Assembly: GCA_028688415.1 (NCBI GenBank)
Contig: JAQTYF010000001.1
Location: forward strand, 780,020 to 844,019
Origin: Candidatus Moraniibacteriota bacterium
Lineage (GTDB): Bacteria; Patescibacteriota; Minisyncoccia; Moranbacterales; UBA1568
Direction: 5' to 3'
DNA: 64,000 nucleotides
Positions 29,274-38,074 of the stretch are shown here, one piece after another (the first letter of the stretch is position 1; each line of letters begins with the position of its first letter). The notes beneath the pieces were generated by a model. The model worked only from the letters and a program-made list of their open reading frames with translations, searched no databases and was not told the origin of the DNA. Both the position numbers and the translations under genes were made by a program.

Positions 29274-30641
29274 ATGTTTGAAAATCCAGCTGAAGTAAAA
29301 CCTAAACCAAAAGAAGAGGCACTCGATACGCAATGGTATTCTCAGTTTGAAAAAATTGGCAGTTTTCAGGCTTACGAATATTTTGATGGTGATAAACAAA
29401 CAAGAGAAAGAGAAAAACAAACATTTCTCGCTGGAGAAAAAGAAAATCCAGAGCTTGACTACCCTTTGCTGAACCTTGAAAATATAGCAAGTCGCGAGGG
29501 AGATCTTCTTCGTCTGAAAGAGTTGATCCTTAATGAGGAGGAGAATGAGGTGGTAAAACAAGTATATTGGTGGAAGCTGAATGAGAAGATTGCTGAAAAT
29601 CGTTTGCTCAAGGCAGCCGCCACTGGCGATCAGAGGAAATTCAAACGATACTCAGAATTCATCTACGGAAAACCATCACCTGAAATCTTTGCTTACTCTT
29701 TAGGAAGAGTAAGACAAATTATGAAAAAAGCAGACGAAAGTGAAAATGAGGAAATTCGAGTACTTGGTAGTGAGTTTGCCTCACTATTTTCCATAAAAGA
29801 TGCTTTTTCTGTGACTATTCCTTCAAGGGAAGTTCAAGCTGTAGCAAGAGAATCAACATTGGAAAGTGTCGGTGACTTAGTGAATATCAATGTTGACTCG
29901 GATCAAGAATTTTCTGCGGAAGAGATTAAGGTGCTTTTTGAAGGTGCGCTCCAAGAGTTATCTTCTGAAGGTTGGATAGTAGTGATTAATCCAAATAAGA
30001 GTGGTATAAGTGTCAACCAAGAAAAAAAGTCTGTAGAAATCCCTGAAAATAAAAAACTTTCTCTCCGTGCCCTCAAGGGTCTGATAGCACACGAAATTGG
30101 AACACACGCCGCTAGAAGAATTCGCGGGGAGAGAACGAAACTCAAGATGCTTGGTTTGGGATTTGATCGTTATGAAGCAGGAGAAGAAGGTATAACAGGA
30201 CTGAGAGAACAAGTCCTCGAAGGAGAGGTAAAGGACTTTTCTGGATTTGATGGGCATTTTGCTATCAGTCTTGCTACTGGGGTTGACGGCCATCCTCGTG
30301 ATTTTCGACAAACTTTTGAAATTTTAAAAAAATATTACCATCTTCAGAATATGCTGAAAGGTATGCCAAGAGAAGAATCTGAAAAAAAAGCCGAGACTTC
30401 TGCCTGGGGAAGATGTGTGAGGACATTCCGCGGGACGAATTCTCAGACTCCGGGAATTTGTTTTACGAAAGACATTATTTATCGTGAAGGAAATATAGCA
30501 ATATGGGAATCTGTTGCTAAAAATACTCCAGAAATGAGCAGGTGGGATGTGGGAAAATATGATCCTTCCAACCCACGTCATATTTGGATTCTTGATCAGT
30601 TGAATATTACTGACGAACAACTTCAGTCGCTTGAAAAATAG
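29274..30641 (+). CDS. DUF1704-like protein with HExxxH (HEIGTH) motif, putative MATCAP-like metallo-carboxypeptidase
   Basis: LIAHEIGTHAARRIRGE motif; 455 aa; convergent with the ATP-grasp operon. Confidence 0.55.
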   Translation: MFENPAEVKPKPKEEALDTQWYSQFEKIGSFQAYEYFDGDKQTREREKQTFLAGEKENPELDYPLLNLENIASREGDLLRLKELILNEEENEVVKQVYWWKLNEKIAENRLLKAAATGDQRKFKRYSEFIYGKPSPEIFAYSLGRVRQIMKKADESENEEIRVLGSEFASLFSIKDAFSVTIPSREVQAVARESTLESVGDLVNINVDSDQEFSAEEIKVLFEGALQELSSEGWIVVINPNKSGISVNQEKKSVEIPENKKLSLRALKGLIAHEIGTHAARRIRGERTKLKMLGLGFDRYEAGEEGITGLREQVLEGEVKDFSGFDGHFAISLATGVDGHPRDFRQTFEILKKYYHLQNMLKGMPREESEKKAETSAWGRCVRTFRGTNSQTPGICFTKDIIYREGNIAIWESVAKNTPEMSRWDVGKYDPSNPRHIWILDQLNITDEQLQSLEK

Positions 30642-30709
30642 AGAATCGTCTTCTCTGTAAATATACATCCATAGAATTTCCTATTGAATTCATGGAGATG
30701 AACAATGTC

Positions 30710-31660
30710 TTACAAAGAAGATCTCTTTTCAAGGGAATCAATAAAATTTTTACAAAATTTTCTCCGATTTTCTCCGGTGATTGAGCCTTTGAACCCTATT
30801 TGATCGTTTATTTCAAAAATATAAGGAGTGCCATCTCGATCGATTCCAAAATCTATTGAATAAAAAGGAGAAGAAAATGCAGCATCAATCAGAGGGTGGA
30901 CTTTACTTACAATAGACCGAAGCGCAACAGGAGCATCCTCATACGAAAATTCAAAACATTGGCCACCCTGACTTATATTCGCGCGAAGCTCTCCTTTTTT
31001 TGGTTCACGTGCCTGGAGCAGTATAGGCGTACTGTTTATTATTATAATACGGAGGTCGTGGCGTCCAGAAATGATATTTGGCACACCATTACTCGTATCA
31101 ACAAATTTCTGAAGAATAAACTTTTTGTCTGGCACAAGAAGAGCAGAAGTGATGTTCTCTGCTTCGGTAATAATAACTCCCTTTCCGCCAAACCCGTCTA
31201 CTGGTTTGAATACTGCCATTTCTTGCGGATGGAATAATAGCCGAGCAGTTTCAAGGTCCTGTTTTGAAGAGATGGGAAAGGTTTTTGGCATGTATTCTTT
31301 GAGGAGCTCATAGGTGAGATCTTTATTGTTGGCAAGTTTTTTGAAGGCGAGAGAATTGAGTGTTTTATGATCAATGTCAGGTGTTGGGAAGTCTTTTCGT
31401 ATGCTTCGATCAAAAATGGCATCAAAAAGAACTTTCTTTTCTTGGAACTCAAATTGTTCCCCGGTAAAAAAGAGTATATTTTCAAATTCCATTCCACCGT
31501 GATGAATGGTAGGTTTTACTCCGAGATACATATCGAGCCCTCGTGATCTTCCTTCATGAAAAAGAGACCAATAAATTTCTCTACGATCGGGAATATGAGC
31601 GTATGGGTCGGTTGCTACTTCTTTTTTTGTGAAGTAGATGAGGATTTTTTTATTTGGCAT
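30710..31660 (-). CDS. ATP-grasp amidoligase (alpha-L-glutamate-ligase-like paralog)
   Basis: VFKPVDGFGGKGVII ATP-grasp motif; C-terminal YIFEIN. Confidence 0.55.
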   Translation of the reverse strand: MPNKKILIYFTKKEVATDPYAHIPDRREIYWSLFHEGRSRGLDMYLGVKPTIHHGGMEFENILFFTGEQFEFQEKKVLFDAIFDRSIRKDFPTPDIDHKTLNSLAFKKLANNKDLTYELLKEYMPKTFPISSKQDLETARLLFHPQEMAVFKPVDGFGGKGVIITEAENITSALLVPDKKFILQKFVDTSNGVPNIISGRHDLRIIIINSTPILLQAREPKKGELRANISQGGQCFEFSYEDAPVALRSIVSKVHPLIDAAFSSPFYSIDFGIDRDGTPYIFEINDQIGFKGSITGENRRKFCKNFIDSLEKRSSL

Positions 31661-32532
31661 AAGTAGTTGAAGAGAGAAATAATTTCTGTTGATTGCGGAT
31701 CTTCTGGTGTGAATCCAGGAGAGCGATTTACTTCAAAGAGGTACATCTTTTTATTTTTTGAAGAAATAACAATATCTACGCCAGCAACCTCAATATGTAA
31801 AATTCTTGATGCTTTTAGTGCGAGTGTCCGAAGCGGTGATGAAATTTTTCTTGGGTCAGAATAGGTTTCTGTTCCGCCGAGACTCGCGTTGTTTCGAAAG
31901 TCCTCGTCAATTTTTCGTGTACGCTCTTCGAGTGCACCGACAACATTCCCGGTGATAAATATACGAAAATCTGATTGATTAGGAATAAACTCTTGAAGAA
32001 TAAGTTTCTCAATGTCACTATGATCGAGAAGGGAAAGAAGTTCTTCTCTAGTGCGTATAAGAAATACTCCTTTGCCTTGTCGAGAAAGTATTTTTTTAGC
32101 AACAAGAGGGAGTTTGAGAAATTTTTCAGCACGAAGTAATTTTTCTTTGTTGTAAGAAGGTGAAAAATATGTTTTCGGAACAGGAAGTCCATTTTCTGCG
32201 AGAACAAACATTTGGGAAAGTTTTCCATTGATAGAACCAAAAACATGATGAGTATCGACAAAGGGAATATTCCTTTTTTGGAGGTAGAGTGCGACAAGAG
32301 TGGCGATGGGTTGGTATTTCCCGGCACGTTTTATATAAACACTATCAAAGCATGAAAGAATTTTCCCATCACAAAGAATACGAGTATTATCTTTCACGAT
32401 AAAAAATTCCATGGATTGAAAATTTCCAAGTTCGTAGAAAAATAAATTCTCAAACATTTTTTTGAGAAGAGGATCAAGACTTTTTAGATCAGTGATTACT
32501 TTGTGAGTCGGCTTGTCAGTAAGGATAAGCAT
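31615..32532 (-). CDS. RimK-type ATP-grasp ligase
   Basis: LVAKKILSRQGKGVFLI ... LFEVNRSPGF RimK-like motifs. Confidence 0.7.
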   Translation of the reverse strand: MLILTDKPTHKVITDLKSLDPLLKKMFENLFFYELGNFQSMEFFIVKDNTRILCDGKILSCFDSVYIKRAGKYQPIATLVALYLQKRNIPFVDTHHVFGSINGKLSQMFVLAENGLPVPKTYFSPSYNKEKLLRAEKFLKLPLVAKKILSRQGKGVFLIRTREELLSLLDHSDIEKLILQEFIPNQSDFRIFITGNVVGALEERTRKIDEDFRNNASLGGTETYSDPRKISSPLRTLALKASRILHIEVAGVDIVISSKNKKMYLFEVNRSPGFTPEDPQSTEIISLFNYLCQIKKSSSTSQKKK

Positions 32533-32536
32533 AATA

Positions 32537-33967
32537 CTATTTGTTCACATCGATAAGAAACTTTTTCAAATGTTTTCGTCCTATAATAACAGGATATGCC
32601 AGATGTGATCGATCGATACACGAAACTTTGGCTGGAAAAGTCAAAGCATCAACAGTGAGAGATATGAGTATTGCTGGTCGATAAGAAATACCATGAGAAG
32701 ATCGAATGAGCAGAGTGTCAGCGAGATCCGGAATAGAAGAGAAGAGTTTTTCACGTTCTTCTTTGGAAAGCTCAGTGAGAACATCTCTCCCCGCCACTTT
32801 TTCTTCGAATTTTTTTAAAACATCTTCGAATCCGAGTTGTTTCGCGAGTTCGATATCGATTGATGTCGAGTCGGCTCCAGTATCTATCTTTGCCTCCACT
32901 TCGATTTCCTTCCCATCTTTTCCTACGAGTTTTATTTTTTCGATACTTCCAATGACATGCTTACCAGAAATTTCCTCGATTTCCTCTTCGATCTCGCCAC
33001 CAAAGAGATTTTTTCCTACCCGCACTCCTCGCTCGGTTGTTTTTATTTTGAGTCCAGAAATACGCTTGAGACGTTCCTTGAGACCGCTCAAATTTGCGAG
33101 CTGGATAGAGAGTCCCGGACGGGCATTGAGTTCGAGAATCACTGGACCACGATCACGATCGATAGCGACATCTGCTCCGAGAAAACCAAGCCCTGAGACT
33201 CTCTGAGCATCAACAGCCATACGAAGAATATTGTTCCAGTACGGAATTTTTATTCCAGAAAGAGCAAGGCGCGTTCCTGGAACGTATTCGATAATATGTC
33301 CTTTTCCCAAGATAGCACTGGTTGTTGTTCCGGTAGCGAGGTCAATGCCGACTCCGATGGCGCCTTGTTGAAGGTTGGCTTTGCCGTCTGAAGCACGCGT
33401 TGGGAGGCGGAGCATGGCCATTACAGGTATATTGTTGAAGATAATAATACGTATATCAGGAATGCCCTTGAAAGCATACGGCTTGAAGAGTTTGAGGAGC
33501 TTCAATCGTTCCTCAAAAAAAGCGACATCAGGAATATTGGAAAGAGAAAATGATCCATCAATAATATTGCGGATATGATTTTTGAGATCTTCTGCGGTTA
33601 TTGTTGAGCCGTTCGCCTTGATCCAGACGAGCGGATTATTTTTTTTTCGGGCATAAACGACGACAATACCCTCTCCTCCGAAGCCACGATTCGGCTTGAG
33701 AGCAAAGCTATCAGGAAGGGATCTAAAATCGAAAGCATCAAGCTCCTCGTAATTTTTAATTTTTGCAATCAGCGTCGAAACACCAAGATTATTTTTTTGT
33801 AAAATGCGTTTACAAAGAAGTTTGCTATCCGCAATTTCCATACTTTTTCGACGATTGTAGGGTCGAATATAATCGAGATTACGGGCGTTCATACCAAGTA
33901 ATCCACGATTTTTTTTGAAGAATTCAAGCATAGAACATGACAAGAAGAAAGAAAAATTCTTTTTCAA
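32537..33967 (-). CDS. ATP-grasp (alpha-L-glutamate-ligase-like) fused to a C-terminal retropepsin-like aspartyl peptidase domain
   Basis: N-terminal GMNARNLDYIRPYN...LKPNRGFGGEGIVV...LELNARPG; C-terminal KIDTGADSTSID (D-T-G-A). Confidence 0.6.
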   Translation of the reverse strand: MKKNFSFFLSCSMLEFFKKNRGLLGMNARNLDYIRPYNRRKSMEIADSKLLCKRILQKNNLGVSTLIAKIKNYEELDAFDFRSLPDSFALKPNRGFGGEGIVVVYARKKNNPLVWIKANGSTITAEDLKNHIRNIIDGSFSLSNIPDVAFFEERLKLLKLFKPYAFKGIPDIRIIIFNNIPVMAMLRLPTRASDGKANLQQGAIGVGIDLATGTTTSAILGKGHIIEYVPGTRLALSGIKIPYWNNILRMAVDAQRVSGLGFLGADVAIDRDRGPVILELNARPGLSIQLANLSGLKERLKRISGLKIKTTERGVRVGKNLFGGEIEEEIEEISGKHVIGSIEKIKLVGKDGKEIEVEAKIDTGADSTSIDIELAKQLGFEDVLKKFEEKVAGRDVLTELSKEEREKLFSSIPDLADTLLIRSSHGISYRPAILISLTVDALTFPAKVSCIDRSHLAYPVIIGRKHLKKFLIDVNK

Positions 33968-34014
33968 AAATAAAAAAATAAGAGAAAAATGTTTTTGTGC
34001 TCAGAATGCATTCT

Positions 34015-34692
34015 TTAGAGATAGCGAGCAATTTTTCGAAAACGAAGATATTCCGTAATACGAAGACCTGTCCATTTGCCGAGGGAAAAATTGATAACAA
34101 AAGTAAAAAGCACCACCCAAGGATATGCTAAAAGAAGATTGGCGAGGGTTTCCCAAGAAATAAGAAAATAGCCAATAACGGAAATAACAAGTGTTTCTGT
34201 TGCAAGAATGAAAGCTATCTTGCTCCCTTTTTCTATCTGAGTAGCAATGAACTTTTCAGCAAGAGTAATCATGATAAGGAGAGGGAAGATAGAAACCGAT
34301 GCGAGACCGGTACGATGATACATCCCACCTATGACGAGTACCATAAGAATAGCAAGAGATACGATAGAGAGGGTGATGGCAACACGAGGAAGATAAAGAA
34401 GACGAAATCTTTTCAGTATGAAACGCGTAACCATTCCAACAAGAATGACGCTGACAAAAATAGCGATACCGTATTTAACTCCATTTGGATCAAACGCAAT
34501 CAACGCAAAGGTGATAATGGAGGGGGTATAGATACCGAACGCTTTGATGCCGATTACCTGACGAAAAAAAGCGACAAGAGTGGCGACAAGGGGGAGCATA
34601 AGGAGAAGAAGAACCGTCTGAAGAGGGACTCCTTGTTCGACACAAAACTGTACGAGAGAATGATAGTGCATAAAAAAATTTTCAATTTTCAA
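34015..34692 (-). CDS. polytopic (6-7 TM) membrane protein, first gene of the ATP-grasp operon
   Basis: 225 aa, almost entirely hydrophobic helices; may correspond to the 7TM module of the 7TM-inactive-transglutaminase partner proteins. Confidence 0.45.
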   Translation of the reverse strand: MKIENFFMHYHSLVQFCVEQGVPLQTVLLLLMLPLVATLVAFFRQVIGIKAFGIYTPSIITFALIAFDPNGVKYGIAIFVSVILVGMVTRFILKRFRLLYLPRVAITLSIVSLAILMVLVIGGMYHRTGLASVSIFPLLIMITLAEKFIATQIEKGSKIAFILATETLVISVIGYFLISWETLANLLLAYPWVVLFTFVINFSLGKWTGLRITEYLRFRKIARYL

Positions 34693-34768
34693 TTTTCAAT
34701 TTCTAAACAATGATACGATTTTAGAATTTGTGCGTTGAAAATTATTAAAAAAAATGAGGAATGAGATA
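34693..34768. repeat. AT-rich intergenic repeat element, copy 1
   Basis: Three tandem ttttcaa repeats; atttctaaacaat, attttagaatt and ttgaaaatta blocks shared with 55801-55908. Confidence 0.4.
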
Positions 34769-35260
34769 TTAGGAATTCTTTATAGCTTCCATTTTACGGC
34801 GACTGGCATGACAGAGAGCAACAGCGAGCGCGTCAGCAACATCGTCTGGTTTTGGTATAGCAGCAAGTTTCAGAAGTGCTTTCACCATAAGCTGTACCTG
34901 CGCCTTTTCTGCGCGTCCATAATTCGTCAAAGCTTGTTTGATTTCGAGGGGGGTGTAGTCAGAAATAGTAACACATAAATTCTCCAATGTCAATACGATA
35001 CAGCCACGAGCTTGAGCGACAGGAATGACTGTTTTTTGATTTTTGAAGAAAAAAAGTTCTTCAATACCTGCTTCCTCCGGATGATATTCATTGACAATAT
35101 CGGTAAGGTTACGAGAAATCTCGAGAAGTCGTTTGGAAAGAGGAAGATCTTTGGAAGTAGTGATGTGGCCATAAGCAACAGCAGTCGTTTTATTCCCTAG
35201 TACATCGATGACCCCCCAGCCGACAATGGCGGTACCTGGATCAATGCCGAGTATTCTCAT
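34769..35260 (-). CDS. ruvC: Holliday junction resolvase RuvC
   Basis: MRILGIDPGTAIVGWGV N-terminal catalytic Asp; 163 aa. Confidence 0.85.
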   Translation of the reverse strand: MRILGIDPGTAIVGWGVIDVLGNKTTAVAYGHITTSKDLPLSKRLLEISRNLTDIVNEYHPEEAGIEELFFFKNQKTVIPVAQARGCIVLTLENLCVTISDYTPLEIKQALTNYGRAEKAQVQLMVKALLKLAAIPKPDDVADALAVALCHASRRKMEAIKNS

Positions 35261-35298
35261 AGTGCCTGTGTTTTATAAAAAAAGAGAATGTCGTCAAA

Positions 35299-36021
35299 TT
35301 AACAAGCGTTGTTCCAGACTCGCTGTACGTCTTGATGATCCTCGAGCGTTTCGAGGAGTTTTTCGAGCGAAGAAGTATCGGTATCGCTTGGCGTTGCTGT
35401 TTGAAGCGGTATATAACCGAGCTCAGCACTTTCACAGACGATGGAGCGAGTACGAAAATATTCTTCGACAGACTGGAGTTTATCAACAGCAGTTACGACA
35501 ACAAACACTCCATCTTCAACAAAGAAATCATCAGCTCCAGATTCGAGAGTCTCTAGCTCGAGAGTCTCCACAGAATATTTTTCGAGAAGAAAAGTGATGA
35601 GTCCCGTTCTACGAAAGAGAAAACTCACCGCACCAGCGGCGACAAACTTTCCATTTCCTTTTGTCAGCAGTGATTTTATTTCGCTTACCGTACGATTTCT
35701 ATTGTCAGTCGCTGTCTCAATAATAAGTGCAACTTGACCAGGTCCATATCCTTCGTACAAAATTTCTTCAATTTGTGCGCCATCTTTGGACTCACCAGTC
35801 CCAACCTTGATTGCTCTATCGATATTTTCTTTTGGCATGTTGACGCTTTTTGCTTGGTCAATAGCCAGCCGAAGTTTAAAATTCATATCTGGATTTCCAC
35901 TTCCGCCTTCGCGAGCAGCGATAGTGATGAGTCTTCCATATTTTGTGAAAACAATTCCTCTTTTGGCATCATTGATACCTTTCTGATGTTTGTGAGTCGC
36001 CCAGTGTGAATGTCCTGACAT
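35299..36021 (-). CDS. yebC: YebC/PmpR-family transcriptional regulator
   Basis: MSGHSHWATHKHQKG hallmark N-terminus. Start chosen at the internal Met. Confidence 0.85.
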   Translation of the reverse strand: MSGHSHWATHKHQKGINDAKRGIVFTKYGRLITIAAREGGSGNPDMNFKLRLAIDQAKSVNMPKENIDRAIKVGTGESKDGAQIEEILYEGYGPGQVALIIETATDNRNRTVSEIKSLLTKGNGKFVAAGAVSFLFRRTGLITFLLEKYSVETLELETLESGADDFFVEDGVFVVVTAVDKLQSVEEYFRTRSIVCESAELGYIPLQTATPSDTDTSSLEKLLETLEDHQDVQRVWNNAC

Positions 36022-36106
36022 AGAGTAAAAATAAAAAAGAAATAAAAAACAAAAGACAATCCATTCTATCAACTTTGTGAAAAAAATCAACCTCTGAAAG
36101 AATTGT

Positions 36107-36652
36107 TTAGTGGAGACCGCTCGAGCGTGTATGCTCAGTTCTTTTCATGATAATATCCTTGATTTTGTAGGGATCAGGGACCATTCGAAACATGAATCGT
36201 TCTTGTTCTGCTGCGGTTTGTATAGAAACATCACCAAAATTGAGTATAGTCGGGAGTATGCCGTCGACACTTGTCGTCACATCTTGAATGTTACGAAAAT
36301 TGAGCTCACTGATATGTCTATCAAAGAGACCTCGTTGTTCTATGTTGACGATACGTTCATTGGTGATGATCCAGGTATCAAAATAATAATCAATCCAGGT
36401 GAGAAATCCGAAAAGCCAAATAAACAGAAAAAAAGTGTTTTCAAGAAAGAGAAAAAGTTGTTTTTGAGATATGTTGAGAAAATCAGGAAAAAGAAAAAAA
36501 AGAAAAATAAAACCAGAAAGAAGGAGAGAAGAAAAGAAGAGAATAAAAATAAAACGAGAGAGAATATCGAACCAATGACGATGAATGATTTCGACTACTT
36601 CCTCGCCATCTCTTTGCCCAGTGAAATGAAAACGATGAAATGCATGTATCAT
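36107..36652 (-). CDS. membrane protein with bacterial PH-like (YdbS/YdbT-type) domain
   Basis: Two TM helices followed by a bPH-like segment (ITNERIVNIEQRGLFDRHISELNFRNIQDV). Confidence 0.4.
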   Translation of the reverse strand: MIHAFHRFHFTGQRDGEEVVEIIHRHWFDILSRFIFILFFSSLLLSGFIFLFFLFPDFLNISQKQLFLFLENTFFLFIWLFGFLTWIDYYFDTWIITNERIVNIEQRGLFDRHISELNFRNIQDVTTSVDGILPTILNFGDVSIQTAAEQERFMFRMVPDPYKIKDIIMKRTEHTRSSGLH

Positions 36653-36660
36653 AAGAATTT

Positions 36661-36912
36661 TTAGAAAGAAAGGTTTGGGATCAATTGATCAAAAGGAAGC
36701 GAGAGAAAAAGAAGAAAATTCGTTATCAAAAGAAGAGTGAAAACCGAGAGAAATAATGTGATACCAAAAACAGCATAATTTTTTTTAAGAGAATAGCGAA
36801 AAATATGAAAGACAACAAAGAGTCCCATGAGTATATAACTGAAGAAGAGTACTATGTAAATGGCACTGAGAATTTGTGACATAATTTGAAGAAAAAAAAC
36901 AACTCCGAACAC
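36661..36912 (-). CDS. hypothetical small membrane protein
   Basis: 83 aa, two hydrophobic helices. Confidence 0.3.
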   Translation of the reverse strand: MFGVVFFLQIMSQILSAIYIVLFFSYILMGLFVVFHIFRYSLKKNYAVFGITLFLSVFTLLLITNFLLFLSLPFDQLIPNLSF

Positions 36913-36961
36913 TTTCTATAGTATCACTAGACACTCAAAAAGAAAATATGTTTTTTATTCT

Positions 36962-37975
36962 TTAGAGTAATTTATCCTGTTGATTCTTCGGAATCGGTAT
37001 ATGAAGATGCTCGTAGCCTTCGGGGGTGACGACTCGACCACGAGGAGTGCGTGCGAGAAAACCGAGTTGCAAGAGATAGGGTTCGACGACATCCTCAATC
37101 GTTTGCATTTCTTCTCCAGTAACAGATGCGACTGCTTGAAGTCCGGCTGGACCACCTTTGAATTTTGTGATGAGTGTTTCGAGAATATGACGATCAGTCG
37201 GCTCAAGTCCGAGATGGTCTATTTCATAGATAGCAAGAGCTTCATGTGCTACCGCTCCCGTGATAGTATCGAGATCTTTGGTTTGAGCATAATCACGGAC
37301 ACGCTTCAGGATACGATTGGCAACACGGGGGGTCTGGCGACTCGAAACAGCTATTTTTTTGGCGCCTTCAGCATCAAGCCCGATACTTAAAATACCAGAC
37401 GAACGCCTGACAATCTTTTCGATTTCCTCAGGAGTATAGAATTCGAGACGGTGCGTCGATCCAAAACGATTGCGGAGAGGAGCTGAGAGAGAGCCGAGCC
37501 GAGTGGTTGCTCCAATAAGTGTGAAGCGGGGGAGATCGAGTTGAATAGTACGCGCCGAGGGTCCTTTGCCAATAATAATATCGAGTTTATAGTCTTCCAT
37601 AGCGGGATAGAGCACCTCCTCAATCATTTTGTTGAGACGATGAATTTCATCAATAAAAAGAACGTCTCCATCGTCGAGATTCGTAAGAATAGATCCGAGA
37701 TCTCCTACTTTTTCAATCGCTGGACCAGAAGTTACCTTGATATTCACGTTCATCTCTTTGGCGATGATATGAGCGAGAGTTGTTTTTCCGAGTCCCGGAG
37801 GACCATACAGGAGTACGTGATCAATACGTTCCTCTCGTTTTTTTGCAGCCTGAATAAATATGTCTAGGTGACGTTTGATTTTTTCTTGACCAACATATTC
37901 TGAAAAATGCTGCGGACGAAGAGTGGCGTCGAAGTTTTGTTCATCGGCGAGTGTCGGATCAGAAAGGATATTCAT
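36962..37975 (-). CDS. ruvB: Holliday junction branch-migration ATPase RuvB
   Basis: Walker [12 protein letters not shown]; sensor and C-terminal winged helix. The ORF extends to 38038. Confidence 0.85.
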   Translation of the reverse strand: MNILSDPTLADEQNFDATLRPQHFSEYVGQEKIKRHLDIFIQAAKKREERIDHVLLYGPPGLGKTTLAHIIAKEMNVNIKVTSGPAIEKVGDLGSILTNLDDGDVLFIDEIHRLNKMIEEVLYPAMEDYKLDIIIGKGPSARTIQLDLPRFTLIGATTRLGSLSAPLRNRFGSTHRLEFYTPEEIEKIVRRSSGILSIGLDAEGAKKIAVSSRQTPRVANRILKRVRDYAQTKDLDTITGAVAHEALAIYEIDHLGLEPTDRHILETLITKFKGGPAGLQAVASVTGEEMQTIEDVVEPYLLQLGFLARTPRGRVVTPEGYEHLHIPIPKNQQDKLL

Positions 37976-38039
37976 AGAGTATAATAAGGCTTTATATAAG
38001 GAAAAAGTAGTCTTTTCTATAAAAACAGTATAACACATG

Positions 38040-38068
38040 TTGACAAAAGAATAAAGCTATGCTATTAT
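38040..38068 (+). promoter_or_regulatory. sigma70-like promoter driving an intergenic transcript
   Basis: TTGACA, 17-nt spacer, TATTAT. Confidence 0.45.
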
Positions 38069-38074
38069 GATTTT

